The notes beneath the pieces are model-generated. The model was given only the letters and a program-made list of their open reading frames with translations. It was not told where the DNA came from and did not search any database. DNA of 64,000 nt from Synechococcus sp. (GTDB taxonomy: Bacteria > Cyanobacteriota > Cyanobacteriia > PCC-6307 > Cyanobiaceae): positions 2,144,136 through 2,208,135 of the forward strand of contig JBJBDC010000001.1 of NCBI GenBank assembly GCA_047285535.1, written 5' to 3'. Positions within the stretch are counted from its first letter, which is position 1. Every line of letters starts with the position of its first letter. The translations under genes and the position numbers were made by a program. Positions 49,072 through 59,972 of the stretch are shown piece by piece.

Positions 49072-50748
49072 ATGGTGCAACGCGTTGCATTCCCGCTGAA
49101 ACAAGAAACTCTGCTCTTTAAACCTGCCTCACCTGAGGCAGGTGCACTGAAAGCGGTGCTGGCATTCCCCAGCACTTACACCGTGGGCATTACCAGCCTG
49201 GGCTTCCAACTCGTATGGGCAACTTTAGCCATGCGCTCCGATCTCGATGTCAGGAGGCTTTTTACAGATCAAGGAGATCCTCAACACCGTCGCTGCGATC
49301 TGTTCGGCCTATCTCTGAGCTGGGAACTCGACGGCCCCGTTCTGTTGGATCTCCTGGAACAACAACGCATTCCCCTCTGGAGCCATGAACGGAGTGATCA
49401 GGATCCCATCGTTTTTGGTGGTGGTCCCGTTCTGACCGCCAACCCCGAACCGCTGGCCCCATTTTTTGATGTGGTGCTCCTCGGGGATGGAGAAGAGCTT
49501 CTGCCCGCCTTCATCAATGCCCTGCTTCAGGTGCGGGACGAACCCCGTCACAAGCGCCTTCATCATTTGGCGCAGATTCCTGGCATCTACGTTCCCGATC
49601 TCCATGCTCCGCAATTCAGTGCCGACGGTGTCCTTCTCGGACTACAACCCAGGGAGGCAGATCTACCTGAACGAATCGAGAAGCAAACCTGGAGGGGCAA
49701 CAGCCTGAGCCACTCCACGGTGATCACCCCTGAGGCCGCGTGGCCCGACATCCACATGGTGGAGGTAGTGCGCAGCTGCCCAGAACTGTGTCGCTTCTGC
49801 TTAGCGAGTTATCTCACCTTGCCCTTCCGAACCCCATCTCTTGATGACGGCCTGATTCCTGCAGTCGAGAAAGGACTAAAGGCAACCCGTCGTCTCGGCT
49901 TGCTTGGTGCCTCCGTGACCCAACATCCTCAATTCAACGACTTGCTGCAGTGGCTGGATCAAGAGCGCTTTGATGACTTACGCGTAAGTGTCAGCTCCGT
50001 GCGAGCTGCCACCCTGACTCCTCAACTCGCTGGAACCCTGAGTCGCCGCGGCAGCAAGTCAGTGACGATCGCCATCGAGAGTGGTAGTGATCGGATGAGA
50101 CGCGTCGTGAATAAGAAACTCAGCCGCGAAGAAATCAGCGTCGCCGCCCGGTATGCAAAAGAAGGTGGACTCAAAAGCCTCAAGCTCTACGGGATGGTGG
50201 GACTACCTACGGAGCAGGACGACGACATCGAGGCAACCGCTGATCTGCTGCTAGATCTCAAGAAACACACCCCAGGGCTGCGCTTCACCTTGGGCGTAAG
50301 CACCTTCGTTCCAAAAGCCCACACACCCTTTCAGTGGCAAGGGGTCAGGCCAGAAGCTGACAAACGCCTCAAACGACTCGCCAAACGACTGAAACCGAAG
50401 GGTGTGGAACTCCGTCCTGAGAGCTATGGCTGGAGCGTGATCCAGGCCCTGCTCTCTCGCAGTGACCGTCGACTTGCGCCCGTCATCGCAGCTGTTAGGG
50501 GCTCCCAGGAGACTCTTGGCGGCTGGAAAAAGGCCTATCGCGCCGCACGCGCAGAAGAATTACCAGCCGCCAGCTCCGCCGGAGTGCCGTTGCCCCGCCC
50601 CCCCGCCTGGGAGGAGGTCGTTCATGACACCTGGGCAGAAGATCGCGTTCTTCCCTGGTGGCATCTTGATGGTCCACTGCCCAGCGATACGCTCCTCAAA
50701 CATCGACAGCAAGCGCTGAGTCAGCAGAACGATTCAGATCTGTGCTGA
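49072..50748 (+). CDS. B12-binding-domain-type radical SAM protein
   Basis: FPSTYTVGITSLG, GGPVLTANPEP, EVVRSCPELCRFC (CxxxCxxC), KLYGMVGLPTE, FVPKAHTPFQW. Confidence 0.9.
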   Translation: MVQRVAFPLKQETLLFKPASPEAGALKAVLAFPSTYTVGITSLGFQLVWATLAMRSDLDVRRLFTDQGDPQHRRCDLFGLSLSWELDGPVLLDLLEQQRIPLWSHERSDQDPIVFGGGPVLTANPEPLAPFFDVVLLGDGEELLPAFINALLQVRDEPRHKRLHHLAQIPGIYVPDLHAPQFSADGVLLGLQPREADLPERIEKQTWRGNSLSHSTVITPEAAWPDIHMVEVVRSCPELCRFCLASYLTLPFRTPSLDDGLIPAVEKGLKATRRLGLLGASVTQHPQFNDLLQWLDQERFDDLRVSVSSVRAATLTPQLAGTLSRRGSKSVTIAIESGSDRMRRVVNKKLSREEISVAARYAKEGGLKSLKLYGMVGLPTEQDDDIEATADLLLDLKKHTPGLRFTLGVSTFVPKAHTPFQWQGVRPEADKRLKRLAKRLKPKGVELRPESYGWSVIQALLSRSDRRLAPVIAAVRGSQETLGGWKKAYRAARAEELPAASSAGVPLPRPPAWEEVVHDTWAEDRVLPWWHLDGPLPSDTLLKHRQQALSQQNDSDLC

Positions 50749-52000
50749 GCAAACATCGCAATCCCGCCAACAAAATCCAGCCCGCAATATTGAGACGGCT
50801 GTCAAACAATGGCAAATCGGTGCCATGCAGCACAACAAGGATGAGCACTGCTGCCCACCAAGCGCGATCGAATAGACGTAAGAAGGCACGACGGAACGAA
50901 ACCATCAAAAGCGCTAGAACCAAAGCAACCACAAGCGTGGCCACTGGTAATCCATGGGCGATGGCGAGTTCAAGAGGAAGGTTGTGAGAATGACCATGCC
51001 ACTGAGACGTACGAAGCGGATAAATCACCGAAAAGGCCGCTGCCCCCCATCCAAGCCAGGGCCGCTCTGCAATCAACTGGACCGCAACCCCCCATTGCCC
51101 AAGTCGGGTGGAAGCAAGCACTCGCCCACCGGCGTACTGACTGTCACTTAACCGGTGCCAGATCGGTTCAGGCACCACCATCCGCGCTAGGTCCTGACTC
51201 AGCTGAGGCACCTCTGGCACAACTGACAAAATCACTATCCCCAGCACAACTCCAAGCAGCGGTAAAAGCCAGGGCCAACTGAGAGGACCCAACACAATCG
51301 GTAGAGCCAGCACAAGTGCGCCCCATCCATTCCGTGACTCCGTCAGCACCAGGGCTGTCACAAAAGTGACCACGAAGCCAAGAACCACGATCCGGCTCAA
51401 CTTATTCAAACCAGGTTGAATTAAGGATGCCAGCGCCAAGGGCCAAACCAGCGCCAACCAGGCAGCGGCAATGTTTGCGTAATCAAATAACCCTGACAAA
51501 CGACCTTCTGGTTCACCACCAGGGGCCATAAACCAGATGATCAGTCCACCAAGCAGCTGCCAAGGACCTTGCCAGTCCCACCAAAGCTGACCCAACCCCA
51601 TGAGGATCACAGGGACACTCCCGGCCACCAACCAAAGCGCAGCACGTCGGCGAGCCTCAGGTGTACTGACGTAGGGCTGAAACCCCCAAAACGCCCAAAA
51701 AAACGGCAACCAATTGCCCAAGCCAACCCAGGCGAGTGATCCGGAATAAGAACCCAGACATCCGATGACCATTAACAATGACGCCAGGAGCAGAGGGGCA
51801 TTCCAAGGATCACTCCAAAACGGTCGCGTTCTCCGCCAACTTCCCATCAGCAGAGAAGGAAACAACAACACCCCGCCCAGTAGCGCCGAGGAAGGCAGCA
51901 AGAACAAACCGATCTGGAAACATCTCCAACCCCAACGAGATGCTGCAATTGGGCGGGCAGCATCGATTCGATCCTTCACTCTGTTGAAGACCAAAATCAC
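50696..52000 (-). CDS. O-antigen ligase family (Wzy_C / IctB-like) membrane protein
   Basis: RLSGLFDYANIAAAW, LTESRNGW, RPWLGWG, HSHNLPLE; GTG 52000 overlaps the purU stop. Confidence 0.85.
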   Translation of the reverse strand: MILVFNRVKDRIDAARPIAASRWGWRCFQIGLFLLPSSALLGGVLLFPSLLMGSWRRTRPFWSDPWNAPLLLASLLMVIGCLGSYSGSLAWVGLGNWLPFFWAFWGFQPYVSTPEARRRAALWLVAGSVPVILMGLGQLWWDWQGPWQLLGGLIIWFMAPGGEPEGRLSGLFDYANIAAAWLALVWPLALASLIQPGLNKLSRIVVLGFVVTFVTALVLTESRNGWGALVLALPIVLGPLSWPWLLPLLGVVLGIVILSVVPEVPQLSQDLARMVVPEPIWHRLSDSQYAGGRVLASTRLGQWGVAVQLIAERPWLGWGAAAFSVIYPLRTSQWHGHSHNLPLELAIAHGLPVATLVVALVLALLMVSFRRAFLRLFDRAWWAAVLILVVLHGTDLPLFDSRLNIAGWILLAGLRCLLSTDLNRSADSALAVDV

Positions 52001-52857
52001 GCGAAAACTGCTGTTCTTCCGCGGTACACCATTACCTGCCGGCACAGGTGCAACCTAAGAGCACGTGCCAAGGCCAAACGCTCGGTGTCTCGTCCCTTAC
52101 GGATCAAATCACTGACCTCATCTCGGTGGCTCACAGGCAATGTGGCCTGCTCAATGATTGGACCATCATCCAAATTCTCAGTGACGTAATGGGCCGTAGC
52201 TCCAATCAACTTCACGCCTCGTGCCCAAGCCCGATGGTAGGGCTGAGCACCTTTAAAGGCTGGCAAAAACGAATGATGAATATTGATCACCTCAGGGAAC
52301 CGCTCCAAAAAGTCGCCACTGAGCACTTGCATGTATTTCGCCAATACAACAAGGTCGATTCGCTGCGTTTCAAGAAGTTCAAGAATGCGGGCTTCAGCCT
52401 CGGGCTTAGTTGCCGGTGAAACTGGTACGTGAACAAACTGCCCACCAAAATCACCGCAAAGTGGTTCCAAATCCAGATGGTTGGAAATCACCAAAGGAAC
52501 CTCCATCGGCAATTCACCACTAAGGGAGCGCCAAAGCAGATCTAACAAACAATGACTCTGCTTACTCACAAAGATCGCCACCCGGGGCAACTCATCTGAG
52601 AAGTGAAGTTGCACCTCACCACCTAGCCGTTCTGCCAGAGCACAAACCGCTGGCTTAATCGCAAGCCGAGGCAAACCAAAGCCATCAAGCTCCCATTCGA
52701 TCCGACTCAGAAATAACCCAGCCCCGGAATCGGTGTGGTGATCAGCATGACGAATATTTCCACCATTGGCCGCAACCCAGCCAGCCAGCTCACTCACCAA
52801 TGCCGACCGATCTGGACAGATCAGTTGAAGAATGACCGTTGTCCCGCCCACGCTCAA
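51997..52857 (-). CDS. purU: Formyltetrahydrofolate deformylase
   Basis: ACT domain CPDR, VSKQSHCL, LAKYMQVL, INIHHSFLPAFKGAQPY, DDGPIIEQ. Confidence 0.97.
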   Translation of the reverse strand: MSVGGTTVILQLICPDRSALVSELAGWVAANGGNIRHADHHTDSGAGLFLSRIEWELDGFGLPRLAIKPAVCALAERLGGEVQLHFSDELPRVAIFVSKQSHCLLDLLWRSLSGELPMEVPLVISNHLDLEPLCGDFGGQFVHVPVSPATKPEAEARILELLETQRIDLVVLAKYMQVLSGDFLERFPEVINIHHSFLPAFKGAQPYHRAWARGVKLIGATAHYVTENLDDGPIIEQATLPVSHRDEVSDLIRKGRDTERLALARALRLHLCRQVMVYRGRTAVFA

Positions 52858-52950
52858 AAAAATTCACAAGTTCATTCTCTCTTGGTACTCAAGGCTCTGC
52901 TATCGGAATGCGGCAGGTAATATCGCGACCTCCCTTCTCTCAATTTCCCC

Positions 52951-53409
52951 ATGCTGAGCGCCCTACGTCGCATAGCTGCGTTTTGCCTCTGCGTGTGCCT
53001 CTGCTTCAACCTTGCTTCATGCAGCGGCAATGGCAATGCCCAGCCCGCATCGATTAGTCCTGAAGACATGGCTGTGATTCGCAGGCAGGCTGAAGGTTTC
53101 ACCGAAGCCCAGGAACGTCTCCCAGACTTGGCGTCTCTTGTCAATCAACGTGACTGGACCTTCACCCGAAACCTGATCCACGGTCCAATGCAAGAGGTTG
53201 GACGCGAGATGTTGTACATCAATCAACGCCTCCTTCCAAACGACCGCGCAGAAGCCAATAAGCTGGCAACCAAGCTCAAAGATGCCTTATCTGATGTGGA
53301 TGAAGCGGCTCGTCTCCAAGACGGAACGCGTTTGCAGAAGGCTTATACCTCTGTAGCCACGGGTTTTGCAAACTACGCTCGCGTCATTCCCGCCGAAGCA
53401 CTGAGCTGA
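52951..53409 (+). CDS. psbQ: Photosystem II extrinsic lipoprotein CyanoQ
   Basis: Lipobox LASC; DWTFTRNLIHGPMQEVGREM. Confidence 0.9.
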   Translation: MLSALRRIAAFCLCVCLCFNLASCSGNGNAQPASISPEDMAVIRRQAEGFTEAQERLPDLASLVNQRDWTFTRNLIHGPMQEVGREMLYINQRLLPNDRAEANKLATKLKDALSDVDEAARLQDGTRLQKAYTSVATGFANYARVIPAEALS

Positions 53410-53423
53410 TCGCCTCGATTGCC

Positions 53424-54509
53424 GTGATTGGTGCTGGTGCTGTTGGCGCCAGCACAGCATGGCTGCTGGCCTGTCACGGCCACAGCGTCACCTTGATCGA
53501 CCCTTCCCTTGAAGCTACGATCAGCCGTGAAAACGGTCCTCTGCAACCGCTGAATGGGACTTCAGCCTCGCTTGGCGTCTTGATGGGGCATGTGTTTCGT
53601 CGCACTAGCGGACGAGCTTGGCGTCTGCGTCAACGCAGCATGGAGCTCTGGCCAGCATGGGTGGAGAAGCTGAACCATCCTGAAACGCCTCTGAGGCTCG
53701 AGACCCCCCTCATCCAGCTGGCCTCGGGTCCAGATGATGCGGAAAGAATGCAGAACCTGATCAATCAACGCACTGACCTGGGACTGGAACCCTGCGCCTC
53801 TGCAAGCAAACACTCGGGACGGCTGCCCTGGCCCGATCCTGGTCATGGAGGGTTGTGTTCCCGAAACGACGGGCGGATTGATCCCCTGGGACTACAACGG
53901 GCGCTAAGACGCAGCATGAAAGCAGAGAAGGTGTCTCTCTTAGCCAGCCGCGTTCAAAGTCTCCACAGAGTAATTGCTGGTGACGCCAGTCGCTGGCGAG
54001 TTGAACTGGACACAGGCGATTCCACCCACTGCCATCACGTTGTGGTCTGTGCTGCTTTGGCCAGCTCCCTGTTGCTGCAGCCTCTTGGACACTCGCTTCC
54101 GATGGAAGCAGTTCTAGGCCAGGTCCTAGATCTAGAGGTTTCTGCCCCAGCAAAGGCCTGGGATCAATGGCCAGCTGTACTGGTCTGCTCTGGAGTCAAT
54201 CTCATCCGCCATGGAAGCGACCGCCTCTGGTTGGGAGCAACCCTTGAGCGAGGAGAACAACCCTCTGCCGAGGACCTATCAATCATGCGCCGTTTGGATG
54301 GCCTAGCACCCAACTGGCTACAGAAAGCAAAGGTCGTCAATCAATGGCATGGCCTACGAGCCAGACCATCTGGTCGTCCGGCACCATTGCTTGAGGTCTT
54401 AGAGCCAGGACTCATTCTTGCGAGCGGTCATTATCGCAACGGGGTTTTACTGGCTCCTGCTACGGCTGACTGGGTCAGCCAACAGGTCCATGAAAAAAGC
54501 AGCGATTGA
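53424..54509 (+). CDS. FAD-dependent oxidoreductase (DAO/glycine oxidase family)
   Basis: GAGAVG dinucleotide fold, GLRARP, GHYRNGVLLAPATA. Confidence 0.9.
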   Translation: MIGAGAVGASTAWLLACHGHSVTLIDPSLEATISRENGPLQPLNGTSASLGVLMGHVFRRTSGRAWRLRQRSMELWPAWVEKLNHPETPLRLETPLIQLASGPDDAERMQNLINQRTDLGLEPCASASKHSGRLPWPDPGHGGLCSRNDGRIDPLGLQRALRRSMKAEKVSLLASRVQSLHRVIAGDASRWRVELDTGDSTHCHHVVVCAALASSLLLQPLGHSLPMEAVLGQVLDLEVSAPAKAWDQWPAVLVCSGVNLIRHGSDRLWLGATLERGEQPSAEDLSIMRRLDGLAPNWLQKAKVVNQWHGLRARPSGRPAPLLEVLEPGLILASGHYRNGVLLAPATADWVSQQVHEKSSD

Positions 54510-54513
54510 CCCT

Positions 54514-54553
54514 CTAAACCTTGCTTTAAACAACCTTGATTTGTCTTTGACTC
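54514..54553 (+). promoter_or_regulatory. Candidate Pho box upstream of pstS
   Basis: CTAAACCT-N3-TTTAAACA-N2-CTTGATTT-N3-TTTGACTC, degenerate PyTTAAPyPy(T/A) repeats at roughly 11-bp period. Confidence 0.4.
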
Positions 54554-54599
54554 GTCAAGATATAAAGATTATGTAAAAGCAAATCGTCATTTCGACTTC

Positions 54600-55604
54600 A
54601 TGCGTCTTCGTTTCTTAACCCGCACCAACGCTGCGCTGATCGGAGTGGGAGCGGCACTCAGTCTTACTGCCTGCGCCGCAAGCGAGGAAGGCAATGAGAA
54701 ACAACAAGGCCGTCTATCGGCCGCCGGTGCATCCTTCCCAGCGGCGATCTACCAACGTTGGTTTCAAGATCTGGCCCCCCAGGGAATCCAGGTCAACTAT
54801 CAATCCGTTGGTTCAGGAGCAGGAGTCAGGCAGTTCACTGCAGGGACCGTTGACTTCGGGGCTTCTGACAAGCCGATGCAACCCGACGCTATAGCCAAAG
54901 TAAGCCGAGGAGTCATTCAAGTCCCTATGACGGCGGGCGCCATTGCAGTTGCCTACAACAACCCAGGCTGTGAGCTGAAGCTCACTCAAGAGCAACTTGC
55001 TGAAATCTTCTTAGGGAGCATTCGAAATTACAATCAGCTTGGTTGTAAGGCAAAAAGTATCAAGGTGGTGCATCGATCCGATGGCTCCGGCACCACCTAC
55101 AACTTCACCAAGCACCTCTCTGCCATTAGTCCGAAGTGGAAACGTAGCGTTGGTGCTAACAAAAGCGTGCAATGGCCCACAGGTGTTGGTGCCAAAGGCA
55201 ACGAAGGTGTAGCCGCACAGATCACCCAAATCGATGGGGGCATTGGTTATGTCGAACTGGCTTACGTCAAGGGAGTGCTGCAAGCAGCAGCGATTCAAAA
55301 CAGATCTGGAGACCAAGTGAAGCCAACCAATGCCTCGGCAAGCAAAGCCCTTGCTTCCATAGACCTTGGGCCTGATCTCATCGGTAGCAATGCCAACCCC
55401 ATTAGCGGATATCCAATCGTGACCTTTTCCTGGGTGCTCGCCTACGCCAACGGCAACGGCAACAACACATCTCTCCTGAAAACAACCTTCAATTACATGT
55501 TGTCTGAGGAGTCACAGGCTAAAGCACCTGATCTGGGCTATATCTCCCTTCCACCAGATGTAATTCTTCAAGCCAAATCAGCAGCAAATTCGATCAAGGA
55601 ATAG
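54600..55604 (+). CDS. pstS: Phosphate-binding lipoprotein
   Basis: Lipobox LTAC; GASFPA, YQSVGSGAG, DFGASD, HRSDGSGTT, GAKGNEGV. Confidence 0.96.
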   Translation: MRLRFLTRTNAALIGVGAALSLTACAASEEGNEKQQGRLSAAGASFPAAIYQRWFQDLAPQGIQVNYQSVGSGAGVRQFTAGTVDFGASDKPMQPDAIAKVSRGVIQVPMTAGAIAVAYNNPGCELKLTQEQLAEIFLGSIRNYNQLGCKAKSIKVVHRSDGSGTTYNFTKHLSAISPKWKRSVGANKSVQWPTGVGAKGNEGVAAQITQIDGGIGYVELAYVKGVLQAAAIQNRSGDQVKPTNASASKALASIDLGPDLIGSNANPISGYPIVTFSWVLAYANGNGNNTSLLKTTFNYMLSEESQAKAPDLGYISLPPDVILQAKSAANSIKE

Positions 55605-55639
55605 AACGAATTAGCTTTTCCTTAATCAAACAAACGCTC

Positions 55640-55664
55640 AAAGAGGGGGAATTCCCCCTCTTTT
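55640..55664. terminator. Bidirectional terminator between pstS and dnaK
   Basis: Perfect 24-nt palindrome AAAGAGGGGGAATTCCCCCTCTTT. Confidence 0.85.
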
Positions 55665-55700
55665 CAGGTTCAGAGCAGAGTCACAAACACAAGGTTCTGA

Positions 55701-57614
55701 TCACTTTGTTTCAGTGAATTCAGCATCGATCACATCATCACCAGCACTACTGGATTCGTTGCCTGAGTCACTAGAAGCTGATCCATCCGCACCTGAAGCA
55801 GCAGCTTCTGCACCAGCCTGTTGGTAGACCGAAGCACCAACGGTATACAGCTCCTGCTGAAGCTCCTCAAGGAGAGTCTTCATGGACTCGTAATCCTCTT
55901 TGTCAGTAGCTTCCTTGAGCTTGGCGGCCTTCTCCTCAACTTTGGTCTTTGCTCCAGCGTCAATCTTGTCTCCGAGTTCACCCAGCTGCTTCTCTGCTTG
56001 ATAAACGAGGGTTTCAGCCTGATTTTTCAGATCAATCTTCTCGCGTTTCTCTTTATCAGCACTGGCATTGCTCTCCGCATCCTTCACCATCTTCTCGACT
56101 TCATTGTCGGAGAGAGTTGAAGCTCCAGTAATCGAGATCGACTGTTCTTTCCCACTGCCTTTGTCCTTGGCTGTCACGCTCAGGATGCCGTTGGCATCAA
56201 TATCGAACGTCACTTCGATCTGCGGGACGCCACGAGGAGCCGAAGGAATACCGTCGAGACGGAAGGTTCCAAGGCTCTTGTTGTCAGAGGCCATCTCGCG
56301 CTCACCCTGGAGCACATGGATCTCAACATTGGTTTGACCATCCACAGCTGTGGAATAAGTCTCTGATTTTTTAGTGGGGACAGTGGTATTTCGTGTGATC
56401 ATTTTGGTCATCACCCCTCCGAGGGTCTCCACACCCAGGGATAGGGGAGTGACGTCCAGCAGAAGGATATCTTTGACTTCACCGGCCAAAACGCCACCTT
56501 GAATAGCGGCTCCAATCGCCACGACTTCATCAGGGTTCACGGTCTGATTTGGATCCTTTCCGGTGGTGCGCTTTACCAGCTCCAGCACAGCGGGAATCCT
56601 GGTGGAACCACCCACCATCACGATCTCGTCAAGATCACTGGATGAGAGCTTGGCGTCTTTTAAAGCCTGCTCTACTGGAATGCGACAGCGATCAATGAGA
56701 TTGGCGGCCAGCTCTTCAAACTTGCCGCGCGTGAGGGTGAGATCGAGATGCTTGGGACCTTCAGGGGTGGCCGTAATGAAAGGAAGATTGATCTCGCTCT
56801 GTGTCGCACTCGAAAGCTCGATCTTTGCCTTCTCAGCAGCTTCAGTAAGACGCTGCAAAGCCTGCTTGTCCTGACGCAGGTCAATCCCTTCGTTGGATTT
56901 GAAGGTGTTTGCCAAGTGGTCGACAATCACTTTGTCAAAGTCATCACCGCCAAGGTGAGTGTCACCAGAAGTGGAGAGCACCTCAAAAACACCATCACCT
57001 ACTTCAAGAACAGACACATCGAAAGTGCCCCCACCAAGGTCGAACACAAGGATGCGTTCATTGCTTTTTTTGTCGAGGCCATAAGCCAGGGCCGCCGCCG
57101 TGGGCTCGTTAATGATGCGCAGCACCTCTAGGCCAGCAATCTTTCCAGCATCTTTTGTGGCTTGGCGCTGAGAATCATTGAAATAGGCCGGAACGGTAAT
57201 AACTGCCTGGGTAATGCTTTCTCCGAGGTACTTACCAGCGTCTTCAGCCAACTTGCGCAGCACCTGCGCACTCACTTCCTCAGGGGCGAACTGTTTATCA
57301 AGGACAGGACATTTGACCTTGACATTGGAACCAGCCTTCTCAACGGCGTAACTCACCTCCTTTGATTCTTCATTGACTTCATCAACACGACGTCCAATGA
57401 AACGCTTAACGGAATAGAACGTGTTGTCGGTGTTCATCACCGCTTGACGCTTAGCGATCTGACCGACCAGCTGATCTTGATTTTTTGTGTAAGCAACGAC
57501 CGATGGAGTGGTTCGGAATCCCTCAGCATTTGCGATCACAGTGGGCTTTCCGCCCTCCATCACTGAGACGCAACTATTGGTGGTACCTAAATCAATGCCG
57601 ACAACCTTGCCCAT
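55701..57614 (-). CDS. dnaK: Chaperone DnaK
   Basis: [33 protein letters not shown] tail. Confidence 0.99.
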   Translation of the reverse strand: MGKVVGIDLGTTNSCVSVMEGGKPTVIANAEGFRTTPSVVAYTKNQDQLVGQIAKRQAVMNTDNTFYSVKRFIGRRVDEVNEESKEVSYAVEKAGSNVKVKCPVLDKQFAPEEVSAQVLRKLAEDAGKYLGESITQAVITVPAYFNDSQRQATKDAGKIAGLEVLRIINEPTAAALAYGLDKKSNERILVFDLGGGTFDVSVLEVGDGVFEVLSTSGDTHLGGDDFDKVIVDHLANTFKSNEGIDLRQDKQALQRLTEAAEKAKIELSSATQSEINLPFITATPEGPKHLDLTLTRGKFEELAANLIDRCRIPVEQALKDAKLSSSDLDEIVMVGGSTRIPAVLELVKRTTGKDPNQTVNPDEVVAIGAAIQGGVLAGEVKDILLLDVTPLSLGVETLGGVMTKMITRNTTVPTKKSETYSTAVDGQTNVEIHVLQGEREMASDNKSLGTFRLDGIPSAPRGVPQIEVTFDIDANGILSVTAKDKGSGKEQSISITGASTLSDNEVEKMVKDAESNASADKEKREKIDLKNQAETLVYQAEKQLGELGDKIDAGAKTKVEEKAAKLKEATDKEDYESMKTLLEELQQELYTVGASVYQQAGAEAAASGADGSASSDSGNESSSAGDDVIDAEFTETK

Positions 57615-57745
57615 TAGTTCCCTCCTACTCCTCGAAAAAATGTGACTAGAACTCGTGCATCTTCGGCAGAGACGTCACCAGGAGGCGAGGTGTGGTTCCC
57701 GAACAGCCAGAACGGCAGGCTGGTCCAGGACTGACAAACAAAGGA

Positions 57746-58639
57746 ATGATCAGCGGAACTACGGCACTGGTTGGACTGTTGGGCCAACCGGTCAGCCACT
57801 CGCTTTCACCCGTGATGCAAAACGCTGCTCTCAAGGCAATGGGCCTTGACTGGTGCTTCCTGGCACTGCCATGCAGCACTGACGATCTCGCAACCGCGCT
57901 CAAGGGCCTGGAGGCGTTGGGTTGCCGGGGGCTCAATGTCACCATCCCTCACAAACAAGCCGTCTCCCAGCTCTGTGCAGAACTAAGCCCACTGGCTAAA
58001 AGGCTCGGAGCCGTCAACACGCTGATTCCATTGCCCAATGGTGGTTGGTACGGGCACAACACTGATGTAGAAGGCTTTTTGGCCCCGCTCCAGAGCCATG
58101 ATGCGAATTGGAACGGAACACAGGCCTTGGTGTTGGGTTGTGGAGGCAGCGCCAGGGCGGTCGTAGCGGGTTTACAAGACTTAGAGCCAAGCAGCATCAC
58201 AGTTGTAGGACGCCGAGCAGAAACACTTGATCCTTTTTGCAGAGCACTCCAGCAAGAAAGACCGATAACTAGTGTCCAATTGCAACCACTCCTGAACAAC
58301 GACCCGCAAGTCCAAACCCTGATTCAAAAAGCTGATCTAGTGGTCAATACCACCCCTATTGGCATGAGCAGTCACAAGACTGATCAAGACGACGAGATGC
58401 CACTGGGCACGGAAATCTGGAACAACCTGAACTCTCACACCGTGCTTTACGACCTGATCTACTCACCACGACCCACTCCATGGCTGGAGAAAGGGAAAAC
58501 ACTCGGCTGCCAAACCTTTGACGGCCTTGAGATGCTGGTGCAGCAAGGAGCCGCTGCTCTCAGGCGTTGGAGCCACCTAGACGAGGTTCCTGTGGACGCG
58601 ATGAGGAAAGCAGCACTCCAAAACCTGGGCCAGCCCTAA
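57746..58639 (+). CDS. aroE: Shikimate dehydrogenase
   Basis: HSLSP, NVTIPHK, GAVNT, NTD, GCGGSARA, NTTPIG, GLEMLVQQG. Confidence 0.96.
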   Translation: MISGTTALVGLLGQPVSHSLSPVMQNAALKAMGLDWCFLALPCSTDDLATALKGLEALGCRGLNVTIPHKQAVSQLCAELSPLAKRLGAVNTLIPLPNGGWYGHNTDVEGFLAPLQSHDANWNGTQALVLGCGGSARAVVAGLQDLEPSSITVVGRRAETLDPFCRALQQERPITSVQLQPLLNNDPQVQTLIQKADLVVNTTPIGMSSHKTDQDDEMPLGTEIWNNLNSHTVLYDLIYSPRPTPWLEKGKTLGCQTFDGLEMLVQQGAAALRRWSHLDEVPVDAMRKAALQNLGQP

Positions 58640-58677
58640 AGGCCACCTAGCCTTTGATCAATCAAAAACCTCAACCT

Positions 58678-59145
58678 GTGCCCATCCCCATCTGGCAGCG
58701 CCTGCTTGGTTTATTGGTTTATATGCTGCCTTGGAGCGATGCCATCCCAATCGGCCAACATCTGCTCATTCAGTTTCCTTTATTGCAGTGGCTGACCTTG
58801 CCGGCTTTGCCTCTGTTCATTCTTCAACAAGGAATTCCATTCGGACTTGGGAACCTCCTTGTGTTTTTCCTGCTGTTCTTAGCTGTGGTTCGGAACCCAA
58901 ACGTTCCTTACTTCATTCGCTTCAACACCTTGCAAGCCCTATTGGTTGACATCGTGGTATTCCTTATTGGCTACGCCTTCATCATCCTCACCCCTGTTGG
59001 AGGAGGACTATTGATACGCACTCTTTCAAGCACTTTGGTGGTGGGTGTTCTTGCAATCGTGATCTTCGCCCTCATCGAGTGCTGTCGAGGTCGTGAACCT
59101 GACCTACCCGGCTTGAGCCAAGCGGTTCGCATGCAGCTGTATTGA
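58678..59145 (+). CDS. Tic20 family (Ycf60-like) membrane protein
   Basis: YMLPWSDA, VVRNPNVPYFIRFNTLQALL, PGLSQAVRMQL. Confidence 0.88.
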   Translation: MPIPIWQRLLGLLVYMLPWSDAIPIGQHLLIQFPLLQWLTLPALPLFILQQGIPFGLGNLLVFFLLFLAVVRNPNVPYFIRFNTLQALLVDIVVFLIGYAFIILTPVGGGLLIRTLSSTLVVGVLAIVIFALIECCRGREPDLPGLSQAVRMQLY

Positions 59146-59237
59146 TTCCTCTAACACTTGTCCCAAAACCCCAAAGGATATGGTGGTAGATCCGTCGCTC
59201 ACTCATTGAGCCTTCAGTCCCCGTCGGATCTGTCTTC

Positions 59238-59600
59238 ATGACCCAACAGCCTTACTACGAGACCATGTACATCCTCCGTCCGGACATCCCGGAAGAGGAG
59301 GTTGAGTCTCATGTGACCAAGTACCGCGACATCTTGGTTGAAGCAGGTGCTGATGTACTCGACAATCAAATGCGCGGCAAACGTCGCCTGGCTTATCCGA
59401 TTGCCAAGCACAAAGAGGGTATCTATGTGCAGTTAAGCCATAACGGTGATGGTCAACAGGTAGGCGTCATCGAAAAAGCAATGCGTCTCAGTGAAGACGT
59501 GATTCGCTACCTCACTGTCAAGCAAGAGGGACCTCTGCCTGCTCCTCGCGTTGCACCAGTCACAGAAACACCAGCCGAACCTGAAACCACCCCTGCCTAA
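59238..59600 (+). CDS. rpsF: 30S ribosomal protein S6
   Basis: [26 protein letters not shown]. Confidence 0.98.
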   Translation: MTQQPYYETMYILRPDIPEEEVESHVTKYRDILVEAGADVLDNQMRGKRRLAYPIAKHKEGIYVQLSHNGDGQQVGVIEKAMRLSEDVIRYLTVKQEGPLPAPRVAPVTETPAEPETTPA

Positions 59601-59640
59601 CGGCATTGTGCAAGCCATGGACTGGCGATAATGTCCGTTC

Positions 59641-59970
59641 ATGGTGCATCAGGATTCCAGCTATTGCTCGCCTCCTCCGGCCTGGAAAGCCGCTCAACCT
59701 CCTAGTGCTGATGTTGAAGCACTCCGCACAAAAGTGATGGAACTTGAGCAGCAGATCAGGGATTACGAAACACTGATCGGTGAACTCCCTGATCTGTTTG
59801 AACGCAAATTCCAACAACGGCTGGAACCACTGCTGGAGCGCTATCGGTTATTGGCACAAGCTCAGCAACTTAGGGCTGCACCCACCGAATCTGAGCCAAT
59901 CCCTCTGCCCTTGCAAACCTCCTCAACAAGGAAACATCGCAATATTGCCGATCACAACATTGCAGCCTGA
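59641..59970 (+). CDS. Hypothetical coiled-coil protein
   Basis: Heptad-rich LRTKVMELEQQIRDYETLIGELPDLFERKFQQRLEPLLERYRLL; fills the rpsF-argG gap. Confidence 0.65.
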   Translation: MVHQDSSYCSPPPAWKAAQPPSADVEALRTKVMELEQQIRDYETLIGELPDLFERKFQQRLEPLLERYRLLAQAQQLRAAPTESEPIPLPLQTSSTRKHRNIADHNIAA

Positions 59971-59972
59971 AA

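Noticed and set aside
50696..50748. Convergent 3' overlaps (radical SAM/O-antigen ligase; narB/narM)
   Set aside because: Short tail-to-tail overlaps are common in compact genomes.
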